From NCBI RefSeq assembly GCF_004010195.1, contig NC_057751.1, positions 5,980,660 through 6,000,659 of the forward strand: DNA of 20,000 nt, in the 5' to 3' direction. The notes beneath the pieces were generated by a model. It was given only the letters and a program-made list of their open reading frames with translations. It did not search any database and was not told the DNA's origin. Positions 1 to 9,717 of this stretch are shown here, in pieces. Both the position numbers and the translations under genes were made by a program. The first letter of the stretch is position 1, and each line of letters starts with the position of its first letter. Source of the DNA: Chiloscyllium plagiosum (taxonomy: Eukaryota).

Positions 1-89
1 GTTATAGCTGCACGTTACAAATTTTTTTATAGAAACTGTGGAACCATATTGTTTTCTCTAAGACGAAGGCATTCAGACATGAATGAAAT

Positions 90-190
90 AAAGAACTTGT
101 GTTTATATTTTCTCCTTCACGACCTGAGGTGGTACCCGGGCTCATTGGAAATTGGATCATTGTTGTGATTGTAAGAAACGCAGCGGATGG
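90..190 (-). mobile_element. Highly diverged SINE/L2-type 3' tail remnant (Deu-domain SINE-like)
   Basis: aagaacttgtgtttatattttctccttcacgacctgagg...gtaagaaacgcagc resembles the recalled reverse complement of a DeuSINE/L2-derived tail (aagaacttgcatttatatagcgcctttcacgacctcagg...gtaggaaacgcggc). Short and diverged. Confidence 0.35.
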
Positions 191-409
191 TTTTTTCCCC
201 CTTTCTCCTGCAGGAATGCATATCAATAGTAACCTCATGGCCATCTCCATTCAAGACAATGCTTTCCTCATACCCATTCCAGCAGGAATCAACAAACTCT
301 AATTTTCCCTCTCTACCCCAGGTCTAATTGTCACATGAGTGTTGCTGATGCCTGAGAGTGACATTGCAATGGAGGAGTTTTTGGGAACAGGATTGGTCCA
401 TGAGAGAGT

Positions 410-790
410 AAGTAGGAGGAACAGGAATGGACCATACCATACCTTGAATTTGTTTCACTGTCCATTGCAATTGTGGCTGATTGTCATCAGCACCACTTTC
501 CTGCCTGATCCACATGTTTCTTTATGTCTCAAGAAGCCAATAATCTATCCATGTCATCCTTGCATATACTGAATGGTAGAATATCCCACAATTGTCTTGG
601 TGAGAGAATACCAAAGGTTCACAACCCCAGATGTGAAAAAAATGTTTCTTCATCCCAGTCCTAAATCAGTGACCTCTGATCTTGTAAATTTGCCTCCATG
701 TTTTAGGTTCCTAGCTTGAGGAAACAACCCCTCAGCTCCTTCACAAACTTGTTCATTTCAGTTAGGTAACTTGTCATTCTCCAAAACTAT
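410..790 (-). mobile_element. CR1-type LINE 3' fragment (old, diverged)
   Basis: Similar to the minus-strand CR1 3' ends at 3861-4205 and 13395-13800 (aggaacaggaatggaccat...ccaaaggttcacaacccc...tgtgaaaaaaatgtttcttcatcccagtcctaaat...gaggaaacaacc). Confidence 0.65.
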
Positions 791-2457
791 ATAAATGTTG
801 TTTGTTCTTTGAAGAAATACTCTGCTTTTCTATTTTTATCATCCCAAAATTGCAAAGAGGTATATTGAACATATGCCACTTACAGCTGGATCTGCTATAG
901 CGCCTCAATCCAATTCAGTCATGTATTTACTTTTTCTTAATCCTACCTTATGTTTCTTGTCAATTGCAATCCTCTCTTGTATTCGATAAAGTAGGACTTG
1001 CGAGAAACAACAAAGATTCTAAAACCGTTAGCTGCAGTTACTCAAAGCCAGACTTTACAACTTGGAATCCTTCATCAAAGAATGATTCAAATCTGACAAC
1101 AATCTACGCAGTTTATTCCTGTTGAAACACGTTTGATACTCTCGCTGACAGTAGGGTTTCAGTGGCATGGGACAGGGAGCACTGTTATTAAATTACTGAG
1201 AACAATAACAAGATCTACTCAGTGTTTTCAGATTTAATAAATGAAGTGGGAGAATCTGGTTATTTATGAAGACATATTCTGATTTCACAATGTTCATTGT
1301 GGGATTGCATCCGCTAATTCCTTCAAACTCCACATTGGTTCACATTTCTCTTGAGGTCTGTCTTTCATTGCTTGAGGCATATTTGTAGAGCAATGCTTAA
1401 TAACAAAATCACAACATATCACTATTTGTGAAATGTTGGCTGAACCTCTGTTAATCCTTTGCAAGATTACCAGGAATTATTCCAGCTCAAACTAACCTGA
1501 CAGAAATTCCCCAGAAACACGTTATTGATTGACCGGCAGAACAAACATTACCTCTCAATCGCACTTCTATCTTGCACCATGTTGCAGAGCTAAATGTCAT
1601 GCATAATCAACACAGACTGATTCAAAATGTTAAATGTGCACTTTTTTCTTTAGCCCACTCACCTTTTGCTGTTCACCTCATCTGTTAGGGTGACACAATG
1701 TTCCTGGAGTTAAGCAAGCAACTTATGCTTGAGCAGATTTTGCACTTTTACCATGTATGTGACTGCCTTGGGATGCAAAACAGATATATTCAAATAACAG
1801 GGGTGATGACGCTTGCTAAATTTTGAGAATAAAAACTAGCAGATGATTTCCATGAATTTGTTATCATCACAAACAAGGGTATACATGAGCTGTGTTCAAT
1901 TCTCATTTACACAGCACAAAGGGAACCCTTTGCTACCTTATTGTTATTTATTCCCAACAAACCATAGAGAAATGAAGAATGGCTAGTTAGAGGTAGTCCT
2001 ATATGAAGAGTGCTTTGCAGTGTGAAGAATACTTACTCATGATTTTACAGCATTAACTGCGTAACTTCTCTTCCATGGTACATTGTAGAAATATTACAGA
2101 AAGGGAAAGGAAATCAAATCAAGCCAATGGGGAATATAATGTTATCTCTAAGTTAGTGAATCATCTTCTATTGCTTGAATTTGTCTTACATCCTTCAAAT
2201 CTCAGTCTGTGTTCTGAAATTTTCTGCACTGAATTCATTATCAAAGTGCGAGATGATGTGTTTTGTTGGAAGTTATACTTTGCTATACTGTACTCAAATA
2301 GATTGTGTTATATTTACGATCATAGTCCCAGATTATCTGTGGACATATTAAACTTGAATTTCAATATGTGTTCTTTTTCAAATCAAACTGATTCAGCCAA
2401 AATAAGTGCAGATGTCAATTCAGCTCCTCTCTGGAGAAAGATAGAGCCTGGAATGTC

Positions 2458-3275
2458 CCATGGGCTGAAAAATGGCAGATGGAGTTCCATCTGGATAAAT
2501 GCAAGATATTACATTTTGGTACAAAAACAAGGATAGCGGTTATACAATTACTGGTAGGGCTTTGCGGAGTGTTGTAGAACAGAGGGATCTAGGTGTGCAG
2601 GTACTGTACATAATTCTTTGAAGTTTGCGTCACATACAGACAGAGTGGTTGAAAAAGCATTTGGCATGCTTGCCTTCATTGCTCAGTTCTTTGAGAAGTT
2701 GGGAGGTTATGTTGGGGTTGTACAGGATATTGGTGAGGCCTCCTCTGGAATACTGTGTCCAGTTTTGGTTGCTTTTAGTTATAGGAAGGATGTTATCAAT
2801 TTGGAGAGAATTCAGAAGAGATTTATCAGGATGTTGCCGGGTTTGGAAGGTTTGAGTTATAAAGAAAGGCTGGATAGGCTGGGACTTTTTTCACTGCAGC
2901 GTAGAAAGTTGAGAGGCGACCTGATAGAAGTTAATAATATACTGAGAGTTAATGGTAGTTTTGTTTCCCTAGGATGGGGGATTTCAAGACTAGGGGACAC
3001 ATTTTTAAGGTGAGAGGAGAGAGATCAAAAAAGACATGAGAGGCAAATTGTTTACACAGAGGGTGGTTCATGTGTGGAATGAACTTCCTGAGGAAGTGGT
3101 GGATGCAGATACAATTGCAGTATCTAAAAGATATTTGGATAAGTTCATGAATAAGAAAGGTTTGGAGGAATATGAACCAGGAGCAGGCAGGTGGGACTAG
3201 TTCAGTTTGGGATTATGTTTGGCATGGATTGATTGGACTGAAGGGTCTGTTTCCACACTGTCTGACTCTATGAAT
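2458..3275 (+). mobile_element. CR1/HER1-type LINE, 5'-truncated (ORF2 C-terminus plus 3' tail), frameshifted
   Basis: ORF fragments LYRILVRPPLEYCVQFW and LERIQKRFIRMLPGLEGLSYKERLDRLGLFSLQRRKLRGDLIEV are classic CR1 ORF2 C-terminal motifs. Tail ends ...gaagggtctgtttccacactgtctgactctatg. A possible degenerate TSD or microhomology is ccatgggctga (2458-2468) versus ccatgtgctga (3276-3286). Confidence 0.93.
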
Positions 3276-3280
3276 CCATG

Positions 3281-3345
3281 TGCTGAGTTTGTCCAGCACT
3301 TAAAAAATTTCTGATTCAGTTCTCCAGCATCCAGTATTTTGTTTT
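3281..3345 (+). mobile_element. Remnant of a Penelope-derived terminal-repeat tail
   Basis: tgctgagtttgtccagcac...ttctccagcatccagtattttg parallels the tail of the 6909-7120 element (tgctgtgctgttccagca...tctccagcatctgcag). Confidence 0.45.
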
Positions 3346-3364
3346 TATTTAAGTTCTTACTTCT

Positions 3365-3860
3365 ATAATACAGGAAATACAACAACCCATTTAGCAAAGC
3401 AAGCTCCCATGAACAAAAGTCTATAATGACCAGATAATGACAGCACGATGGCTCAGAGATTAGCACTACTGCCTCACAGTACCAGGCACCCAAGTTTGAT
3501 TCCAGCCTGAGGTGATTGTCTATCTGGAATTTGTATGTTCTCCCCATGTCTGCGTGGGTTTCAGCCTGATGCGCTAGTTTCCTCTCACTGTTCAAAGATG
3601 TGCATTTTTGCTGTGTTAGCCATGTGAAATGCAGGGTTACATGAATAGGTAAGGGGCTAGGTCTGGGTGGGCTCTTCAGAGGGTTGGTGCAGACTCGATG
3701 GGCTGAACAACCTCTTTCCACACTCTAGGGATTATATGATTCATGAAGCTTTCTTTTGGGATGTTGTTAAAGGTCTGAACATTGGCCTGGATACTGGGGT
3801 TAATTTCCCTGGTCTTCTTTGAAAGAATGTGATGTGATCTTTCACATCTGCTTGAAAGAT
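3365..3860 (-). mobile_element. Deu-domain SINE (SacSINE/AmnSINE-like), interrupted by an HE1 SINE at 3441-3746
   Basis: Pieces gcaaagcaagctccc...ataatgaccagataat (3389-3438) and gatgttgttaaagg...aacattggcctggatactgggg...tccctggtcttctttgaa...gatctttcacatct (3760-3850) are collinear with the recalled reverse-complement Deu domain. Confidence 0.6.
3441..3746 (+). mobile_element. HE1-type tRNA-derived SINE
   Basis: tRNA-like head with A-box (tggctcagagattagc) and B-box (gtttgattcc), central tggaatttgtatgttctccccatgtctgcgtgggttt, and a 3' tail shared with CR1/HER1 (...cctctttccacactctagggattatatgattc). Confidence 0.9.
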
Positions 3861-4205
3861 CATAAGATGTCAGAACAGAAATTGACCCACCAGCACATCA
3901 AGTCTGCCATTCAGTCAGACCTTGGCTGATATGATAAACCTCAGCTGTCCTGCCTTTTCCCACAACCCTTGAATCTCTGACTGATGAAATATCAGTCTAT
4001 CTTAACCTTGAATGTACGCAATAGCCCAACCTCTATAGCCCTTTGCAGCAAAAAAGTTCCTAACATTCACTAACCTCTGAGAGAAGAAATTGGTCCATAT
4101 CTTTTTCCTAAATGGGTAATCCCTTGTTATGAGATTATACCCTTTGGTCCTGGACTCTTCCACAAGGGGAAACAACCATTTCACATCCCCCGTCATATCC
4201 CCAAA
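3861..4205 (-). mobile_element. CR1-type LINE 3' end (continues at 5250-5730)
   Basis: The minus-strand ORF fragment LFPLVEESRTKGYNL...FFSQRLVNVRN matches the CR1 ORF2 end motif (ESRTRGH...FFSQRVVNLWN). Confidence 0.85.
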
Positions 4206-4208
4206 GAA

Positions 4209-4533
4209 GGTAGCATGGTGGTTCAATGGTTAGCACTGCTGCCTCACAGTGCCAGGGACCCTGGTTCGATTCTCGCCTCAGGCGACTGTCTGTGTGGAGT
4301 TTGCACGTTCTTCCTGTGACTGCATGGGCTTTCTCCGGGTTTTCTCCCACAATCCAAAGATGTGCAGGTTAGGTGAGTTGGTCATGCTAAAATTGCCCCT
4401 AGTGTAGGTTATTAGTCAGGGGTAAATATAGGATAGGGGAAAAGGTCTGGGTGGGTTACTCTTTCGAGGGTCGGAGTGGACTTGTTGGGCCAAAGGGCCT
4501 GTTTCCACACTATAGGGACTCTAATTCTAATCT
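4209..4533 (+). mobile_element. HE1-type tRNA-derived SINE
   Basis: A-box tggttcaatggttagc, B-box ggttcgattc, core tgtgtggagtttgcacgttc, and tail ggcctgtttccacactatagggactctaattctaat. Collinear with 3441-3746. Confidence 0.92.
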
Positions 4534-4542
4534 TGTATGTTT

Positions 4543-5246
4543 TGTATTGACACAGGGTAAACCCCTCTGGGTAATTTAAACCAGCAACACAGAAAAGATT
4601 CACCCCGTGTTGTAATCTTTTAAATTCGAGAAGCAAAACTCTATCCCAGAGGTCACTATTTAAACTAAAAATTAACAACTTTATTCTTTAAGAGCAACAG
4701 AGAGTCTTATAACCAACTACTATTTACAATCCCTTTCTCTTAAACCTATCTTTTATATCCCACTCCACAATACTAATCTGGGAAAAAGTCCTAATTCAGA
4801 CTTACAAAAAATTCAACTTCCAAAACCAGACAGCTGTTGAATCTTCTCTTTGTATCTTCCTCTGCAGATTTTTCTGTCGTCTTTTCGATGATCTGCTGTG
4901 CAAACTTCTTATTGACAGGTATCTTCCAGAGAGCTGTTCTGCTGGCAGTCTGTACTTGTTGGTGGCTTGACATTTTTCTTCCTAGCTGATACCCCCGAAA
5001 CACTATCATTTCATTGGATTTAATATTATCAAATACTAAATTCAAATGTGATTGGATTTGGTATCTTGGGGCATAATTTAAACTGATTGGCCGAATTTGA
5101 AGTTGTTTTTGTTTCACGGCAACCCAGAAGCTGCTATTTGTTTTGACCAAGTGTTATATTGTTACCTTGTTCCAGACTCTCTGTGCTTTGTCCTTGCTAG
5201 ATTTTCAACTCTTTTAAAGGTGCAGTACCTCTACAACTTCATAAGA
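4543..5246 (-). mobile_element. Solo LTR (family shared with 8585-9358)
   Basis: Starts tgtattgacacagggtaaacc and ends cttcataaga (degenerate TG...CA inverted termini). Aligns along most of its length with 8585-9240. Strand inferred from the minus-strand AATAAA near 4680. No intact TSD. Confidence 0.75.
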
Positions 5247-5249
5247 GGT

Positions 5250-5730
5250 GCAATAAGATTGCATCTCGCACATCTAAATTCCAATGTGTACAGGCCCAAA
5301 CTACTTAACTGCTCCTCACAAGACAGGTCCCTGGTACCTGAGAATGAACGTTCTCTGATTTGCGCCTTTTAGCTTTAGTTAAACCTCCCTACTTTTATGC
5401 TCCATTCCACTTGCCTTCCATATTACCCACTGAACATGTATGCTAACTTTTTGTGATTGTCACATGAGGATTCCCAAATCCCTCCTTGCTATAGATTTCT
5501 GGTCTTTCTCCACTGAAATAATATTCAGCTCCTCTATTATTGCCATCAAAGTGCATATCCTTACATTTTCACATATATGCCAAATTTTAGCCCACTCATT
5601 TAACCTGTCTCTGTCCCTCTGTAGACTCTTTATGTTATCTTCATGATTTGCCCTAACACCCTTTTTAGGTCACCCATAAACTTGACTATAATATATTCAC
5701 TTCTCTCATCAATTCATGAATATAGTTGGG
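5250..5730 (-). mobile_element. CR1-type LINE fragment (continuation of 3861-4205)
   Basis: tacaggcccaaactacttaactgctcctcacaagaca...cccaaatccctc...caaagtgcatatccttacattttcacat...tgccaaattttagcccactcatttaacctgtct parallels the minus-strand CR1 at 13780-14900. Confidence 0.75.
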
Positions 5731-5959
5731 CTTTGGTTGAATGCCTGAATATTTTTTTCTCATGTGTCTCCAAATTTTGAATTATGTCACTTGATCCATG
5801 CCTTGAGTGCTCTCCCTGAAGGCAGGTTCCAGGCTTATTTTCTGATGATGCTTCATTTTGACTGAATTGCCTGTCTTGCCTATTTTGGTGAGTGATGGAT
5901 TTGCCATTTCCTTCCACTCTCAGTGGAAATGCAACGACCACAGATTCCTTTTCCACCTT

Positions 5960-6027
5960 GAACAGAGCAGGAATTGAACTTGCGCCATTGGCATTATTCT
6001 GAACAACACACTTGCCACCAAGCTAAT
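5960..6027 (-). mobile_element. tRNA-derived SINE head remnant
   Basis: gcaggaattgaact reads as a B-box (agttcaattcc) on the minus strand, and ccaccaagctaa as a degenerate A-box region. Confidence 0.4.
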
Positions 6028-6387
6028 TTGTGACACTTGTATAATAATAAAATATTGGTTCATACAGCATGCAATCTCAGTTCAAGAATTATGTTTACTA
6101 CATTTCAGCTCAGCAATGCATGTCACTGTTCATTTTATGATTTAGTTTTGAGAATTACTGAAATGTGATTAATCTCAGTCAAGTGATATTAATGAATACT
6201 AATGCTTCTGAAAGAAGATGCATAAGTTGGAATTATTTTACAATGATTAGGTACAGGATTCTGTTTTCCCACCCTGCTTTCCAGGATACTTTGAAAAGAC
6301 TTCACTGACACTCTGTCAAGATTTATGCCAGACATTCTCTGTTAACTGTACCGAACAAGAGTGAATGTTGTGTTCCTCTACTTACAG

Positions 6388-6546
6388 CAGCCATCAGAAG
6401 ACAGGGAGTGTTGAGTGCTTGGCATCCTGCCAGAGGACCCCTTGATCTGCAGGACGGATGGTAGAAGAGACCTCGTGCAGAGGAGAAGGACAGAAGGGTG
6501 AAGTGGCCTCTTCCTGCCCTTCGGATGTTACATTCTTGTTGTCAAA
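6388..6546 (+). other. Candidate host exon (possibly containing a start codon)
   Basis: Polypyrimidine tract plus tacag|cag acceptor at 6387/6390 and an aa|gtaagt donor at 6547. The body is GC/purine-rich relative to the flanks. ATG at 6458 opens MVEETSCRGEGQKGEVASSCPSDVTFLLS up to the donor. No recognisable homology. Confidence 0.3.
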
Positions 6547-6624
6547 GTAAGTGTACCAGTTGTAGACAAAACTTTGTGAAGCAATAACATGGGTTCTGTA
6601 TTTACCGATAAGACCATAGACAGT

Positions 6625-6843
6625 GAGTCAGTTCTGCTGTAACACAGTAGTTCCATTCTCCTGCAATCCAGTGTCCTAAGATAATCGCACAACAGAAGCA
6701 ACATTTCAACTAATGGGGCCGGAATTGCGCTGTAACCAATACACTTTTTAAAACTTTGTGCTTTAGAAATAGTGTCCCCAATTTGTCAACCATGTTCTAG
6801 CAAGTTTGTGTTGATGAAATGCGTGTTATAGCAGAATGATCTG
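6625..6843. mobile_element. Tigger/pogo-like non-autonomous DNA transposon (MITE, about 220 bp)
   Basis: Terminal inverted repeats ttctgctgtaacac (6632-6645) and gtgttatagcagaa (6823-6836) match at 13/14. The right end reads CAG on the minus strand, as in Tigger termini. The TA TSD is not preserved. Confidence 0.7.
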
Positions 6844-6908
6844 GAGTTAATTGGGAGATAATTATACATACCTTAGTCTTATTGTTTTTGTCCTAGACTG
6901 ATGACAAG

Positions 6909-7120
6909 TTGAAACTTTATTGCTGGAACAGCACAGCAGGTCAGGCAGCATCCAGGGAACAGGAGATTCGACGTTTCGGGCACAGGCCCTTCTTCAGGCC
7001 CTTCGGCCTGTGCCCAAAACGTCGAATCTTCTGTTCCCTGGATGCTGCCTGACCTGCTGTGCTGTTCCAGCAATAAAGTTTCAACTTTGATCTCCAGCAT
7101 CTGCAGACCTCACTTTCTCC
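6909..7120 (+). mobile_element. Penelope-derived fold-back insertion (inverted plus direct terminal-repeat copy) with TSD
   Basis: 83-bp inverted arms 6906-6988 and 7005-7087 with 2 mismatches, and an unpaired 3' tail tgatctccagcatctgcagacctcactttc. Flanked by the direct repeat tcctagactgatgacaag at 6891-6908 and 7118-7135. Confidence 0.85.
6966..6998 (-). ncRNA. Minimal type I hammerhead ribozyme core (helix I truncated)
   Basis: The minus strand reads C-CUGAAGA-A-GGGC-CUGU-GCCC-GAAA-CGUC-GAAU. This gives CUGANGA, a 4-bp helix II, GAAA, a palindromic ACGU in place of helix III, and a GUC cleavage triplet. Confidence 0.65.
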
Positions 7121-8034
7121 TAGACTGATGACAAGCCATGCGATGAACACATCACATCATATTGAGATGAGCAATGATTGACAGCAACTTAAGATATATT
7201 TCTTAAAGGTATATGCAATCATACTTCATAGGATATGGACGTTCTTTCTCCAGCACGTCTTCTCACCCACTTTTGGAGGTATCCTAAACAGACTGGTGTG
7301 TGCCAACCAATGAAATCCAAGCTTCAGATGTGGTGAATGGTGCCCACTTATACTGCTCCACGTGTCCTTTTGGTGTTGATTGCTTACCCTTGTAGCTATC
7401 TTTTTGGCACTTTGAGGTAAACTTTGGGGTCATCTAAAATTGGAACCAAAATTTGGCCTTCAAATAGACTTTCAAGTAGATGGATCTAATTATCACTGAA
7501 ACAAAAAGCATTTTCTTTCACAAAAAGAAATCCAAGTGTGCATCTGGGGATTTTAACCCGCTGTCAACCACATGTCACCCTTCAGCAATGACATCACACA
7601 AAGTGGACCATATCTATTGCAGGCAACACAGCCAAGCTCCAGAAACTTTTCAATGACTTTCTGCTCAAATGCAAATTCAGCATTGCTATCATTGCATTTT
7701 GTTAACATTGACACTTATAGTGGAAAGTGGGATCAATATATCAATGAGAATGAAAATGAGATTGTCTTGATTGCGGTTAAGCACAAAATGAATTGGACTT
7801 GAAATGAAAACTGATGTCAGTTCATGTTGACTTCATATTCAGGTTTATATCTGTGTAAACATCCAGCACTGTGGAGTTTGAGGCTGGGCATGGGTGATAG
7901 GCCCTCAAGTGACACATGGCCACAAGTAGTGCAACCCAGGTTTACTCCAAAATTCTCATGATGAAAATTGATTTTTTAAACAATATTACAGTAGAAATAA
8001 TTGAAAATGAATAAATTTCAGGTAAAATGCATAA

Positions 8035-8200
8035 AATTCTCCAGCACATGAACAGACCATTTGGTCCAATACGTCCATGTCATTGTTGATGCTCTATGTA
8101 AGCTCTCAATCATCCTACTTCTTCTGCTTTCTCTGCCTGGAACTGACCGAGCCTCAATTTAAATGCATCTTTGCTCTTCACCTACATTATGTTTGTAGTC
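8035..8200 (-). mobile_element. Old CR1-type 3' tail fragment
   Basis: cagcacatgaacagaccatttggtccaatacgtccatgtcattgttgatgctctatgtaagctctc is the reverse complement of the tail type seen at 16860-16935. Confidence 0.55.
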
Positions 8201-8257
8201 AATCTCAATCGCCGTTTGATGTTCATTCTGTATTAAAGCTGACACACTGCAAACTGC

Positions 8258-8379
8258 CTTTCACGTGAATGAGCAGAGCCATCCATTTCTCAGTCATCCA
8301 AAAGTCAACCACAAAAACCACAACTTCCATTTATAGACCTTGTTTTAAAATCATTGTAATTTGTCCCACATCACTTCAT
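8258..8379 (+). repeat. Direct repeat, copy 1 (copy 2 at 9242-9354)
   Basis: ctttcacgtgaatgagcagagccatccatt...gtcccacatcacttcat occurs twice, differing by a few substitutions and a 9-bp indel. Confidence 0.95.
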
Positions 8380-8584
8380 TGAGCCAAAAGCAAATAAATA
8401 AAGAGAAGTCAGGTGTAATTGCCATGAAGCTCCTTGGATTATTTCACTCTGGTAAATGTGATGTAAATTGCAACTTAATTTCATATAATTTTACGTTGTC
8501 CATTATTCCAATTCTAAATTTCCTTTGTGTGCCTGTAAAGTATTTTGCTATTTGTTTGCCATCCATACTATTGTTTCATTTTTA

Positions 8585-9358
8585 TGTTACGACACAGGGT
8601 AAACCTTCCTGCTTAATTTAAAACCAACAAACAGAAAAGATTTATCCTGGGCGGTAATCTGTAAAAGTTCGAGTGGCCAAGAACAATTTAAGTAAATATT
8701 AACCACTTTATTTCTTAAAGTAATACAGAGAATAATTAAGTGACAACTATTCACAAGTCCTTAATCTGACCTATCTTTTACCTTCCCTTCTATAATACTA
8801 GTCCGATTAAACTCCCAATTATGATTTACAAAACAACGCTTCTTATCTCAAAACCAGGCAGCTTTCTGTTCTTCTATATGGATCTTCCTGCAGCTTATTT
8901 TATTCTTTTTAGGGATTTCTGCTTCACAGGTTACTGATCGAAAAAGGTACTTTTAAGAGAGCTGTTTTTCAGGCAGTCTTTTACATGCTGGTAGCTGGGC
9001 AGTTCTCCTCCGACTGTTCGATTTTACCCCGGTCTTATACCCCAGAGTATCGGATTGTGTCATTGGCTTTTAAGATTGTCAATATACTCAATTCAAACAT
9101 GATTGAAATTTGGTATTTTTCCGGGTATAATTTAAACTGGTTGGTCTCATTCGAATCTGTTATTTTTGTTGTAACTAGGAAACCAGCAACTCCAGTAGCT
9201 GCAGCACGTGTTACATTGGATCTTATTGAGAACTTTTGGTGCTTTCACGTGAATGAGCAGAGCCATCCATTCCTCAGTCATCCAGAAGTCAACCACAACT
9301 TCCATTTATAGACATTATTTTAAAATCACTGTAGTGTGTCCCACATCACTTCATAACA
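8585..9358 (-). mobile_element. Solo LTR (family shared with 4543-5246), carrying a copy of upstream flank near one end
   Basis: Starts tgttacga and ends tcataaca (inverted termini). Collinear with 4543-5200 (acacagggtaaacc, acagaaaagatt, actttatt, caaaaccag, gagagctgtt, cattgg, ataatttaaactg). Confidence 0.8.
9242..9354 (+). repeat. Direct repeat, copy 2 (inside the LTR terminus)
   Basis: Near-identical to 8258-8379. Confidence 0.95.
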
Positions 9359-9440
9359 CCCACATCTTCAGAACATTTGTTAATTTCTTCATATTCTCTT
9401 TATCTTGCTCTTCCCTCCTCTGCGTGCGGGTATGTTCTTA

Positions 9441-9460
9441 CACACACACACACACACACA
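9441..9460. repeat. (CA)10 microsatellite
   Basis: Ten perfect CA units. Confidence 0.95.
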
Positions 9461-9656
9461 ATTACCTTTTAATAGAGTTAAAAGCTAGCAGTGACATTAC
9501 CAAGTGTTCTTAATAAGATATCATGTAACATGTGCTGCAGCTACTGGACCTTTTGTTTGGCAAAGCTTTGGACAGATAAGATGCCAAGTTTTGTTTCTCC
9601 CCAGTCAAATCACTCAAACTTGAACCCCTAAATCCCAATATGTGTTTGTTCACATA

Positions 9657-9717
9657 TGTGGGATGCTCTTTGGAGGCTGGTGTGGACTGATGGGCCAAAT
9701 GGGCCAAATGATTCTAT
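9657..9717 (+). mobile_element. HE1/HER1 3' tail fragment
   Basis: gtgggatgctctttggaggctggtgtggactgatgggccaaatgg matches the SINE tails at 3665-3710 and 4450-4500. Contains a 9-bp tandem duplication, atgggccaa. Confidence 0.7.

Noticed and set aside
322..407. Apparent plus-strand exon (ctaccccag| ... |gtaagt)
   Set aside because: Stops occur in all three frames from the acceptor, the donor overlaps a CR1 tail, and there is no homology. It cannot be supported as coding.
2075..2536. 153-aa ORF
   Set aside because: AT-rich with no recognisable domain, and the end runs out of frame into a CR1 fragment. Likely chance.
3441..3510. tRNA-like A/B boxes (also 4209-4280)
   Set aside because: These are SINE heads followed by SINE bodies, not tRNA genes.
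3197..3721. 174-aa minus-strand ORF
   Set aside because: It is an antisense read through an HE1 SINE and neighbouring repeats.
6879..7150. Two overlapping minus-strand ORFs
   Set aside because: They derive from the palindromic non-coding insertion.
7388..7433. Possible 46-nt minus-strand exon or 21-nt plus-strand microexon
   Set aside because: Weak or ambiguous splice context and an unrecognisable peptide. Expected by chance.
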